From an uncultured delta proteobacterium (GTDB taxonomy: Bacteria; Myxococcota; UBA727; VGSZ01), in the NCBI GenBank assembly GCA_963775425.1, contig CAVZJB010000003.1, forward strand, positions 96,001-160,000: DNA of 64,000 nucleotides. Reading direction: 5' to 3'. Under the pieces are notes generated by a model. That model made no database searches. It saw only the letters and a program-made list of their open reading frames with translations, and was not told the origin of the DNA. This document shows, one piece after another, positions 29,291 to 38,072 of the stretch. The position numbers were made by a program, and so were the translations under genes. The stretch's first letter is position 1, and each line of letters starts with the position of its first letter.

Positions 29291-30195
29291 CTCGCGGCCT
29301 CGTCGATCCGGCGCGGCCCGCGCCAGAACCGCAGGAAGGCGCGCAGGTAGCCCGGGCGCGCGCGCGATGTGTCCTCGAACGCCGGCAGGCGGTTCCAGGG
29401 CACCGCGGGGTTTTGGTGGTGGGCGAGGTGCCAGTTGAAGTTCAAGAGGAGCATCTCGTAGGCGCGGGCGGCCGCGAGGTTGTGCGCGCCGTTCTTCACG
29501 TCGCGCGGCGAGTAGGCGTGGGTGACGTACTGTTGCGACGACCAATTGAGCGCGAACAGGCCGTAGAGCGCAAGGACGGTGACCACGCGGAGCTCGAGCG
29601 CGAAGAACAGCGCGACGTGCAGCGCCACCACCGCGAGGCTCTCGAGCCGGATGCGCCGCACGAACCCCGCGCGCACCCCGTTCACCATCGCGGCGGCCTC
29701 GGGCGCGTCCTGCACGATCTGCGCGCGCAGCAGCCGCGGCCACACGACGAGCGCCACCGTGGCCAGGGGGACGAGCAACCAGAAGCCGCCGAGGAAGAGC
29801 GCATAGAAGGCGGCGGTGCGCGCGGCGGCCGCGTCGCCGGGCAGGAGGAGCTCGAAGCGCTCGACGTCGCTCCTGTTGCGCCGGTGATGCCCGAGGTGGC
29901 AGGCGCGCAGGAAGCTGAAGGAGCCGGGGAAGAGCGCGGCGAGCGCGACGCCGAACGCGTCGTTCACGCGCGCGTCCCGGTTGAACAAGCGGTGCTCCGC
30001 CTCGTGCAACAGGGAGTAGAGCGGCAACAGCAAGAACGAAAACAGCACACCGATCCCCGCCACCGCCCACGCCGACGTCTGCCGCGCCGCCCACCACTGC
30101 AAAAAGAGCGCGGCAGCGACGATGGCGATCGCGAGCGCGACGTTTCGGCGCGCGGGGAGCGCGCCGGCGGCGGCGGTGGTGCCGTCGTCTTTCAC
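29287..30195 (-). CDS. Membrane fatty acid desaturase family protein
   Basis: His boxes HEAEH, HLGHH and HLAHH. GTGA overlap with the PAP2 stop. Confidence 0.85.
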   Translation of the reverse strand: MKDDGTTAAAGALPARRNVALAIAIVAAALFLQWWAARQTSAWAVAGIGVLFSFLLLPLYSLLHEAEHRLFNRDARVNDAFGVALAALFPGSFSFLRACHLGHHRRNRSDVERFELLLPGDAAAARTAAFYALFLGGFWLLVPLATVALVVWPRLLRAQIVQDAPEAAAMVNGVRAGFVRRIRLESLAVVALHVALFFALELRVVTVLALYGLFALNWSSQQYVTHAYSPRDVKNGAHNLAAARAYEMLLLNFNWHLAHHQNPAVPWNRLPAFEDTSRARPGYLRAFLRFWRGPRRIDEAAR

Positions 30196-30800
30196 GCGAT
30201 GCCCCGCGCGCGCCGAACGAGCGCGTGTGCGACCAGCGCGACGGCGACGCCGCCGGCGATGTCGACGAGGAAGTGCTGCTTCACGGTCACCGTGGACACG
30301 GCGATGAGCGCGGCCCACGCGAGCCAGGCGGCGCCGCGTGGGCCGTGCGCGCGACGTTGAAGCGCCACGACCACGGGCGTGGCGACGTGGATGCTCGGGA
30401 ACGTGTTCCCGGGGAGGTCGCGCGCAAAGATCATCGCGAACGCCGCGCGCCACGGTGGCGCGATGGAGGCCAAGGCCGGGCGCGGGTAGTGCGCGGTGAA
30501 GAGGACGAAGCCCGCGTAGCACAGCGCGTTGGCGAGGAGCACGGCGGCGAAGAGCTCGACGTACGCGGCGCCGGAGCTCACCACCGCCGCCAGGAGCACC
30601 ATCGCGTACAGGCTCAGATAGACGGCGATGGTCCACGGCAAGAAGGGGACGGCGTCGTCGACGGGGAGCGAGAGGTCGAAGCGCGGCGCCAGCGACGCGT
30701 TCAGCGCCCAGTACGCCTGCATGGTGACGATGAGGAGCAGGCCCGTGAGCGCCACGCGCGAGAGCGGTCTTTCACACAGGCGCCGAAGCGCGGCCTCCAT
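30192..30800 (-). CDS. PAP2 superfamily phosphatase/phosphotransferase (IPC-synthase-like subgroup)
   Basis: D..VPF.PW, YPRP, NTFPSIHVA and STVTVKQH..VD..GG. Confidence 0.8.
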   Translation of the reverse strand: MEAALRRLCERPLSRVALTGLLLIVTMQAYWALNASLAPRFDLSLPVDDAVPFLPWTIAVYLSLYAMVLLAAVVSSGAAYVELFAAVLLANALCYAGFVLFTAHYPRPALASIAPPWRAAFAMIFARDLPGNTFPSIHVATPVVVALQRRAHGPRGAAWLAWAALIAVSTVTVKQHFLVDIAGGVAVALVAHALVRRARGIA

Positions 30801-30825
30801 CGGCGGAGCGTACCGCGCCCGCCCG

Positions 30826-31668
30826 CTACGGCCACTGGCCGTCGGCGCATTCGTCCTCGTCTCCGTGCGCGCGCCAGGTGACGACGAAGTCGAGGATCTG
30901 CTGGTCGTTGACGCAGGTGGACTCGAGCACGTGGTCCCAGGCCACGACGGCCACCGCGTCGTCGAGGACGGAGTCGTACGTATACAGCGCGCGCTTGTGC
31001 GACCACCCTTCGGCGACGCACTCGGGATCGAACGGAAGGCTCGCGAAGGCGTCTCGCATCTGCTGCACCTGCTCGGGCGTCGCGTTCGGCCCCGCGAGCA
31101 GCACGACTGCGCCGTGCTCGAGGTTGTGGACGAAGACCTCGCGCGGAACCTCGTCGTCGTGCGCCGTGTAGGTGGCCCAGATGGGCCAGTGCGGGCCCGA
31201 CGCGGGCGGATTGTGGTCGTAGTCGACGGAGATGCCCGCGTCGACGTGCCACGTGCCCTGCTCGGGCAGCGTCGACAGCCGCATGACGCAGCCGGCGTCG
31301 ACAGCGCCAGCGTCGCCAGCGTCGCCACCGTCGAAGGCGTCGCCACCGTCGACGGTGCCACCGCCGGCGTCGCCAGCAGCACCGTCGACGGTGCCAGCGT
31401 CGACGTCGCCAGCGTTGCCAGCGTCGACGGCGCCACCGTCGATGGCGCCGACGACGACGGTGCCGCCGTCGCCGTCGCCCGGGCCGCCGTCGCCCGTTCG
31501 CGCCGGCAGCGGCAGCGCGTCCGCGAGGCTCTTCGCGGCCGGCGCCGGCGGCGCGATCACCGCCGGGCCTCGAGCGCGCGCACGGGGGAGGTCGGGCTCC
31601 GGCCCGCACGCGAGGGACACGACCAAGAGGGCGGCAGAAGCGCCGGCGACGACGATGGGATTGTGCAC
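30826..31668 (-). CDS. DUF3105 domain lipoprotein with DAG/DGG-repeat linker
   Basis: SLAC lipobox, NPPASGPHW, VHNLEHGAV and AW motifs. Repeat linker at about 31297-31480. Confidence 0.8.
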   Translation of the reverse strand: MHNPIVVAGASAALLVVSLACGPEPDLPRARARGPAVIAPPAPAAKSLADALPLPARTGDGGPGDGDGGTVVVGAIDGGAVDAGNAGDVDAGTVDGAAGDAGGGTVDGGDAFDGGDAGDAGAVDAGCVMRLSTLPEQGTWHVDAGISVDYDHNPPASGPHWPIWATYTAHDDEVPREVFVHNLEHGAVVLLAGPNATPEQVQQMRDAFASLPFDPECVAEGWSHKRALYTYDSVLDDAVAVVAWDHVLESTCVNDQQILDFVVTWRAHGDEDECADGQWP

Positions 31669-31878
31669 ATGCCGCGCGCAGCATCGCCCATGCCGGGGAC
31701 GTGACGCCCCCCGCGCGGGGCGCCACCGCGCTGACGCACGCGCGCGCTGGGCGCGGTCGACCTCGCACGCGTGTCGTCCTGCGCGGCGGGGTGTCTTCGA
31801 CCCGCCCCGGAGTGATCTCGACACATCTCGAGTCGAGGCCGTGCGGGGTCGATGAAGAGGAGAGACACGGAGGACACG

Positions 31879-32004
31879 ATGCTGACGCTCGTCAAGACCA
31901 TCCTCGCGGCACGCCGCGCCCCCGCCGTCGCTCTCGTCCGCTGGACCGAGACGCGGCCGCTCCCGCCTCCGCTCCCCGCGGACGACGACGACCTGTTCGG
32001 CTGA
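31879..32004 (+). CDS. Small hypothetical protein (41 aa, not in the ORF track)
   Basis: GGAGG SD 5 nt before the ATG. Translates as MLTLVKTILAARRAPAVALVRWTETRPLPPPLPADDDDLFG with nearly all G/C third positions. Confidence 0.55.
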   Translation: MLTLVKTILAARRAPAVALVRWTETRPLPPPLPADDDDLFG

Positions 32005-32023
32005 CGCCGAAGGCGCGCGACTC

Positions 32024-33694
32024 TCAGTCGAGGCAGGGGATGTCGATCTGTCCGGGGAAGGCGTCGGCGCCCTTGTAGCCGAGGGTGCGCAACACGGCCG
32101 AGTAGATGTCGCCCTCGCGCATCCTGGCGGCCGGGTCGGCGACGCCGTTGTCGCGGTCGAAGCCGAACGTATTGAGCGTGGCGAGGTCCACGCCGCCGTA
32201 GACGCCGGGTCGGATGTGGGGCGACAGGATGACGTTGCCGTTGTTGAGGTTGTGGCCGGTGGAGACCTGGGACGTCGAGTCCAGCGGCTGCCCCGCGCTG
32301 TTGCGCACTTTGTCGCGGCCGAAGTCGGTGGCGATGTAGATGGTGCTCCTGTCCCACATCGTCTCGCCCGTGCCGTCGTTGCAGCCGGTGGCCTTCAACA
32401 GCGTGATGAGCTTGTCCGCGACGTCGAGGACGCGCGACCACATGGTGGACTGCGCCGAGACGTGGCTCGTGTGCGAGAAGTCGAATGACAGCGGCGGGTT
32501 GACGTCGAGGGTGTCGACGTTCGCGGTGAGCTGCGGACCGAACGCCATGGCGCACGAAAGCCCGAAGCGCGCGAGCAGGAACGCCAGACACGCTTGCGCG
32601 AGGAGCGGATCGACGAACACGCGCGTGCCAGGATCGAGGTTCGGCAGGCCCACGGGGTCGAACGCGCGGCGCACCTCCTCGGTGCCCGGCGCGGGCGCGA
32701 GCCCGAACGTCGACAACGGCTGAAACTGCGGGCCCAGGATCTCGGGCAGGTCGTTCTCGGCGATGAGCGTGAGGTTGGTGATGAGGGACTGCGTCTCCAT
32801 GTCGAGGTCCACGCCGTGCCTGCGCTCGTAGAGCTTCTGTCGAAGCGGCGAGCACTGGAACGTCTTTCCGAACACGGAGGCGTCGTCGAGCTGGTCGCGC
32901 ACGCCGCGCGCGCGGGACAGGAGATCGCGCGCGCGCGCGAGCGTGGCGTCGTCCACGGCCGCGTGCTGGCCGCCGGCGTTCGGCACCGTGCCGGGCGCGC
33001 CGACCAGGCCGCGCAGGCCGTCGGTGGACAGCGAGAAGAAGCGCGCGTCGGCGACGATCTCCTGCTGCGCACGCTCCGGCAGCGAGCCGTCGGCGCCGGG
33101 CTCCAGGTAGCCGCCGGAGGTCATGTTGATGTTCGGCAGGAGCAGCGACTGCCCGTGGCGCGACGCGACCTCCTCGAGGAGCGTTCGACCGTTGTTGATG
33201 CCGAAGCCGTTCATGGAGCGCTTCTGCGCGACGAGGTGGTTGACGCTGGTGCCCTCCATGGTGAGCACGGCGAGGTCGTCCTTGAAGCGCGACAGGAACG
33301 TCGACTGCGCGTAGTCGGTTCCGGTGCCGAAGCCGCCGAGGTACGTGCGGAAGCTCTGCGGCAGGTCGAGCGCGCGCAGGCCGGTGGCGGCGTCGACGGT
33401 GATGAATTCGTCGGGGTAGCAGATGAACGAGCTCGGGTCCGACGTGACCTCGCTCTCCTTCACGGCCAGGAAGCTGTCGACGATGGACGCGCCGCCGCCG
33501 CCCGAGATGACGAAGAGGAGCTTGTCTGCCACCGGCAGCGGGCCGGCGCTCTGCGCGCGCGCCTTGGTGGAGAGCGCCTCGAACATGGCGAGGCTGTAGG
33601 CGGCGGTGCCGGCCATCTTGAGGAAGGACCGGCGGGAGCAGCCGAGAGACTTTCGACCGGAGCGAGCGGCCGCGCTGGAGATGGGGCGAGGCAT
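32024..33694 (-). CDS. Tat-exported DUF1501-like protein
   Basis: SRRSFLK Tat motif, GGASIVDSF, DFSH, IATDFGR and GHNLNNG. AGGAAGGAG SD. Confidence 0.75.
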   Translation of the reverse strand: MPRPISSAAARSGRKSLGCSRRSFLKMAGTAAYSLAMFEALSTKARAQSAGPLPVADKLLFVISGGGGASIVDSFLAVKESEVTSDPSSFICYPDEFITVDAATGLRALDLPQSFRTYLGGFGTGTDYAQSTFLSRFKDDLAVLTMEGTSVNHLVAQKRSMNGFGINNGRTLLEEVASRHGQSLLLPNINMTSGGYLEPGADGSLPERAQQEIVADARFFSLSTDGLRGLVGAPGTVPNAGGQHAAVDDATLARARDLLSRARGVRDQLDDASVFGKTFQCSPLRQKLYERRHGVDLDMETQSLITNLTLIAENDLPEILGPQFQPLSTFGLAPAPGTEEVRRAFDPVGLPNLDPGTRVFVDPLLAQACLAFLLARFGLSCAMAFGPQLTANVDTLDVNPPLSFDFSHTSHVSAQSTMWSRVLDVADKLITLLKATGCNDGTGETMWDRSTIYIATDFGRDKVRNSAGQPLDSTSQVSTGHNLNNGNVILSPHIRPGVYGGVDLATLNTFGFDRDNGVADPAARMREGDIYSAVLRTLGYKGADAFPGQIDIPCLD

Positions 33695-33707
33695 CGTGCG
33701 CTCCTTC

Positions 33708-34445
33708 CTATTGGAACAAGAACTCGCTCGTGGAGGCCACGGCGTAACAAGCCATCTTGGCGAAGTCGCGCGGCGGCACGGGCACGCCCGAGACGTCCTC
33801 GGTGAGCGAGGCGACGAGAGACAGCTCCTCCTCGGTGGGGTCGCGTGCGAGGAGGCGGTGATAGAGCTCGGTGACGTCGTCACGAACGGCGGGATCGTCG
33901 GCCGACAGCGACGGCGCGGCGAAGTCGATGCTCTTCCACACCACCTTCTGCACGACGCCGAGCGCCTCGGCGTCGGCGCGGATGCCGCACGCCGAGAGGA
34001 TGACGCGGTCCGTGGACAGCGGCGTGGTGGCGCCCGGCGCGGCCAGCGGCTTGTAGAGCCCCGACTTCACCGGATCGTTTTCGCCGAGCGGGACCTGATG
34101 GATGAGGTTGAAGCACGTGCCGGGGAGGCCGAGCTCGGAGCACACCGTGTTCTTGTCGAGCGTCAGCGCCTGCATGAGGTCGTTCTGCAGGGCGGTGGCG
34201 CGCTTCCAGCGCAGGTCGGCCTTGGCGGAGATGGCGAAGCCCGGGCCCTGATCGACGGGCACGCAGGCGTTGGTGGGCTCGCCCTCGCCCTCTCCCTCGC
34301 CCTCGCCTTCGCCTTCGCCCTCGCCCTCGCCGGGGGGCGGCGGCGCCGCGGGGCCCGTGCAGCCGCCGCACGACGACGACAGCGCGCCGGCCACGAGCAG
34401 CGCCGTGGCGACCCAGGAACCCGGCCATCCGCTCTTCGTCTTCAT
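33708..34445 (-). CDS. Lipoprotein with (GE)n linker, partner of the DUF1501 operon
   Basis: Signal peptide plus Cys, GEGEGE tract (about 34279-34331), C-terminal LY.R.L.R.PT.EE...C..V.S.EFLF helical motif. Confidence 0.7.
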   Translation of the reverse strand: MKTKSGWPGSWVATALLVAGALSSSCGGCTGPAAPPPPGEGEGEGEGEGEGEGEGEPTNACVPVDQGPGFAISAKADLRWKRATALQNDLMQALTLDKNTVCSELGLPGTCFNLIHQVPLGENDPVKSGLYKPLAAPGATTPLSTDRVILSACGIRADAEALGVVQKVVWKSIDFAAPSLSADDPAVRDDVTELYHRLLARDPTEEELSLVASLTEDVSGVPVPPRDFAKMACYAVASTSEFLFQ

Positions 34446-35866
34446 GGAGCACCGAACGCGTTGGTGTCGACGAGCTTGTGCAGGAATCGGTTCGCGGAGA
34501 ACGCCACCTCGGCCGACGCCCACGACGGCCACAGCGCGTCGAATTCCGCCTTGTCCTGGGGCCCGGGCGGGCGGCCGACGGCCACCACGAAGAACATGCG
34601 CGCGAGGTTCATCTGGAAAGCGTCCGAGGCCGCCGCCACGCCCGCCCACTCACGCAGCGTCGAGACGGGATGGCCGAGGAGCATCCCCTGCGGCTCGGTC
34701 TCCGCGGTCCACAGGCCCTTGGCGATGGGCCGGTTGGGATCGAAGCCCGATGCGCCGCCGGCCTCGATGCCGCGGTACTTGGCGAACACGTAGGTGGCCG
34801 GGTCGAGCGTGGCGTGGCACTGCGCGCACTCCTCCTGCTGCACGCCCTTGCCGTCGACGTCGAGGGGCTCATTGACGACGGGGTTGATGCCCTGCTGCCG
34901 CGCGATGTCCATGCCGAGGTACGCGCGCATCGCCTGCGCCGCCGTGGTGCGCGGCATGGCCGAGAACATGGTGTTGATGAAGTGGAACCACTGCGTGCCG
35001 ATCATGCCCGCGCGCTGGTCGCGCTCGAGCGGCTGGCCGCCGTCGTTGAGCTTGCACGCGCCGCTGTCGCAGTGGCTGTCGAAGGCGCAGTCGCTGTTTG
35101 CGTTGCACGCGCTGTTGTCGTCGACGACGTCGTCGACCTGCACGAGCTGGCCCTCGACGGGCTCGCGCACGTGGTAGTCGGCGAGCAGGAGGTCGCGCAC
35201 GTCGCGGTCGCCGGTGAGGACGTAGCGCCACAACCGGTAGTCCCAGAGGAACGACGTGCCGAGGTCGATGGGCTTGATGCGCTCGTCGGCGAGGTGCGCG
35301 AGGCCGTCGCCGGTCCAGTAGTCGGAGCCGAGGCACTCGTCGAGCTTGTCGTGGACGAAGGCGCGGCCGTCGGCGGCGGCGGCGAGCGCCTGCATCTCGT
35401 CGTACGTCGGCGAGCGTCCGCAGAAGGCGACCATCATGCGCCGCATGGCGAACGCGGGATCCCAGTTGCCGACGTCGTAGACGGGGTTCGGATCGCCGAT
35501 GCCCGGCGGCGGAGGGACGTAATACGACGTGGCGTCGCCGGGGAGCGTGCCGAGGATGATCTCCTCGAGGTTCGTGAGGCCGTCGCCGTCGTCGTCGTCG
35601 GCCTCTACGGCGTGGAGCGCGTCTTCGAGGGCGCCGGGTTCGTCGAAGGGCGCGGTGAGCGATCCGAGGACATGGATGCCGTACGCGTTCCAGTCCGGCG
35701 CCTGCGGGGACGTGCTCGTGTGACAGAGCGTGCACGTGGTGCCGCGCCCGGCGCAGGTCGAGGACTCCGGGTAGACCGCGCAGAAGCGCGACGGCCCCGT
35801 GGGGCGCGCGTCGGCGGACGCGGCGGCGAGCGCGGAGACGAGGAAGACGAGTGCGGCGCTGCGCAT
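34442..35866 (-). CDS. Secreted di-heme c-type cytochrome-like protein (DUF1585/1588-like)
   Basis: Signal peptide, CxxCH motifs CTLCH and CAQCH, and an acidic DDDGDGLTNLEEI loop. ATGA overlap with the downstream gene. Confidence 0.7.
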   Translation of the reverse strand: MRSAALVFLVSALAAASADARPTGPSRFCAVYPESSTCAGRGTTCTLCHTSTSPQAPDWNAYGIHVLGSLTAPFDEPGALEDALHAVEADDDDGDGLTNLEEIILGTLPGDATSYYVPPPPGIGDPNPVYDVGNWDPAFAMRRMMVAFCGRSPTYDEMQALAAAADGRAFVHDKLDECLGSDYWTGDGLAHLADERIKPIDLGTSFLWDYRLWRYVLTGDRDVRDLLLADYHVREPVEGQLVQVDDVVDDNSACNANSDCAFDSHCDSGACKLNDGGQPLERDQRAGMIGTQWFHFINTMFSAMPRTTAAQAMRAYLGMDIARQQGINPVVNEPLDVDGKGVQQEECAQCHATLDPATYVFAKYRGIEAGGASGFDPNRPIAKGLWTAETEPQGMLLGHPVSTLREWAGVAAASDAFQMNLARMFFVVAVGRPPGPQDKAEFDALWPSWASAEVAFSANRFLHKLVDTNAFGAP

Positions 35867-35931
35867 GCGGAAGGATACCCCTTGGGACACCGACACCACC
35901 GCACGTCCCGGTAGAAACATCGAGGCGCACA

Positions 35932-35947
35932 AGCCGGATCCGTGCCA
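35932..35947 (-). promoter_or_regulatory. Probable sigma54 promoter of the cytochrome/DUF1501 operon
   Basis: TGGCACGGATCCGGCT has a consensus -24 TGGCACG and GC at -12, about 65 nt upstream of the ATG at 35866. Confidence 0.45.
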
Positions 35948-36104
35948 CGCCCCGGTGTCCCCGTGCGGCGGTCCCGCGCGCATGGTGGGGTGCGGCGTCG
36001 AGGTCGCGCTGCTGCACACCCGAGGCAGCGGCGGCGTCATGAAAGCTTCATCCGCGGCGCGCGGGCCGAACCCGTAGGGTGCCGTGAGGAAGTGGAGGAC
36101 ACAC

Positions 36105-36599
36105 ATGAGAGCTCTCGGATGGGCAAGCATCGCCGGCGTCGCCGGCCTCGCGCTGGGCGCGTCGATCGGCGTCGCCGCGGAGCAGGGGGAGGAGGCGGGT
36201 GACGTGCCGGTGGCGGTGAAGGACATCCCCGCCGCCGTGCGCACCGTCGCCGACCGTTACGCCGGGGGGAAGAAGCTCGAGCGCGCGGTGATCGCCGACG
36301 AGGACGGTCTCTCCGTGTACGAGTTGCACTACGCCGGCGGCCTCGAGGTGCAGACCACGAAGAGCGGCGACTTCTTCGCACGCGAGGAGAAGGTGCCGGA
36401 GAGCGCCGTGCCCGCGCTCGTCAAAGAGCGCGCCGCGAAGCTGTTGTCGCCGGGCGCCAAGGTGAGCTTCGAGCGCACGCTCTCCGTCTTCTACGAGGCC
36501 GCGGCGCGTGACGCCAAGGGCCGCGAGCGCGAGGTCCTCGTCAACCCCGCGGGCGCGGCGTTTCAGGAGATCGCCGGCGGCGTCCGCGAACAGCGCTGA
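36105..36599 (+). CDS. Secreted PepSY-like / BLIP-like domain protein
   Basis: Signal peptide and two repeats of the D/S.PA.V...YE...G pattern. GGAGG SD. Confidence 0.65.
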   Translation: MRALGWASIAGVAGLALGASIGVAAEQGEEAGDVPVAVKDIPAAVRTVADRYAGGKKLERAVIADEDGLSVYELHYAGGLEVQTTKSGDFFAREEKVPESAVPALVKERAAKLLSPGAKVSFERTLSVFYEAAARDAKGREREVLVNPAGAAFQEIAGGVREQR

Positions 36600-36623
36600 G
36601 CGGGCGCGCTCTGGGCGGCCAGG

Positions 36624-37268
36624 TCACCCGAGGAGCGCGAGGTCGCCGGCGGCGTCGCGCACCCGGGGGCGCAGCGCGCCGACGACGGCGGCGGTGCCCG
36701 GCGGGGGGCTCGCGAGGCCGGCGCGGCGGCAGACGCCGGCGAGCGCGCCGACGACGCCTTCGTCGGTGCCGTACGACTCGAGGAAGCGGGCGCGGCGGAA
36801 GCGGACGGCGAGCGTCTCGAAGCCCTCGAGCGGGCGCGCGGTGAAGGCGCGGGCGCACGCCGCGAGGTGCGCGTCGTCGAGGGCGTCGAGGGCGTCGTAG
36901 TAGCGGGCGATGGAGCCGGGCCTCCGCTCCTCGATGCACGCGTCGAGGAGCATCTCCACGGCGATGTGCCCGAGCGTGGTGGCGCGCAAACGCGGGTCGT
37001 CGGAGAGCGCGCGGATGGCGTGCACCGCCTCGTCGCTCAGCGCCCCGAACACCGGGAGCGTGTGGAAGCGCAGGTCGTCGTCGTGGTGGCGGAGGGCGCC
37101 GTCGCGCAGCCGCGCCTGCGGCGACCCGCGCGGCAGCTCCAACGCGCGCAGGGCGGCCGGGCGGACGCGCGCGCGCTTGTCGACGACGCGCAGCCAGTCG
37201 GGCAGGGACGTCCCCGCGACGAGCCAGGGATCGTCGAGGACGGCGACGGCGTGCGCGAGGTAGTTCAT
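36624..37268 (-). CDS. AcpH-like (ACP phosphodiesterase) HD-type protein
   Basis: MNYLAH, G..LPD, G..RH..DD..FH and HI.VE..LD. Confidence 0.65.
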   Translation of the reverse strand: MNYLAHAVAVLDDPWLVAGTSLPDWLRVVDKRARVRPAALRALELPRGSPQARLRDGALRHHDDDLRFHTLPVFGALSDEAVHAIRALSDDPRLRATTLGHIAVEMLLDACIEERRPGSIARYYDALDALDDAHLAACARAFTARPLEGFETLAVRFRRARFLESYGTDEGVVGALAGVCRRAGLASPPPGTAAVVGALRPRVRDAAGDLALLG

Positions 37269-37299
37269 CGGCGCGGCAGCAGCGCGGCCGGTCTGCGCA

Positions 37300-37656
37300 T
37301 CACTTGCCGACGGCCTTGCGGATCTCGGTCTTCTGCTGCACGAGCAGGCCCTGCGCGTCGAAGACGAATTCCTCGGCCGTCTCCTGCTCGCCGAAGACGG
37401 AGCCGGCCTGCCGCACGTACACCCAGGTCTTTCCGCCCTTGTCGTTGTCCGTGACGTCGAGGGGGTTGCCCTGGTTGCGCAGCGTCTGCTGCTGCGCCAC
37501 CGACAGCAGCGCCGGCCCCGACTCTCGCGGATCGCGCATGCCGCAGCCGATGGGCCCGGGCATCTCGTAGGGCATCTTCACGGGGTGGCACCCCGTCGCT
37601 GCGACGGGCACGGCGAGCGTGAAGCCGAGGGAGAGGGCGAGGGCGAGCTTGCGCAT
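37300..37656 (-). CDS. Lipoprotein, SmpA/OmlA-like fold possible
   Basis: Signal peptide plus ATGC lipobox, and a GNP......KTWVY...F.F...G.L pattern. Confidence 0.6.
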   Translation of the reverse strand: MRKLALALSLGFTLAVPVAATGCHPVKMPYEMPGPIGCGMRDPRESGPALLSVAQQQTLRNQGNPLDVTDNDKGGKTWVYVRQAGSVFGEQETAEEFVFDAQGLLVQQKTEIRKAVGK

Positions 37657-37679
37657 CCCGGGGATCTAACACGTTGCGA

Positions 37680-37737
37680 TTGACACGCCGCGACGCAATG
37701 CCTACGTTCCTGCCTGAACATTGACATTCAAGTCAAT
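37680..37737 (+). promoter_or_regulatory. Sigma70-type promoter with downstream palindromic operator
   Basis: TTGACA (37680)-N17-TACGTT (37703), then ATTGAC-N6-GTCAAT at 37720-37737. Confidence 0.6.
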
Positions 37738-37750
37738 CGGGAGAGAGTTC

Positions 37751-38071
37751 ATGTCCAACGTCGAGCAAGTCTTCACCGAGATGAACGGCCGCCTCAACGC
37801 CGACAAGGCCAAGAAGATCAACGCCACGTACCTCTTCGACATCGGAGGCGACGACGGCGGCAAGTGGTTCGCCGACCTCACCCGCGCCGAGGGCCCGTGG
37901 ATCGAGAAGAAGGACGGCGAGGCCAAGTGCACCATCACCGTGCCGAAGGGTGAGGACTGGGTCGCCATCGCCAGCGGCAAGATGAACGCCACCTCGGCCT
38001 TCATGCAGGGCAAGATCAAGGTGAAGGGCGACATGTCGCTCGCGATGAAGCTGCAGACGCTCCTGTCCTGA
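37751..38071 (+). CDS. SCP2 sterol-binding domain protein
   Basis: FDIGG..GGKW and SGKMNATSAFMQGKIKVKGDMSLAMKL. Confidence 0.9.
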   Translation: MSNVEQVFTEMNGRLNADKAKKINATYLFDIGGDDGGKWFADLTRAEGPWIEKKDGEAKCTITVPKGEDWVAIASGKMNATSAFMQGKIKVKGDMSLAMKLQTLLS

Positions 38072-38072
38072 G

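Noticed and set aside
31680-31695. GG-N10-GC motif (CGGCATGGGCGATGCT, minus strand) upstream of the DUF3105 gene
   Set aside because: It would leave essentially no leader, and such matches arise by chance at this GC content.
34279-34331. (GE)n hexanucleotide tract as a phase-variation switch
   Set aside because: It is an in-frame, synonymously varied linker, and unit changes would not shift the frame.
36039-36051. Palindrome ATGAA-AGC-TTCAT upstream of the PepSY-like gene
   Set aside because: The arms are only 5 bp, too short to support as an operator.
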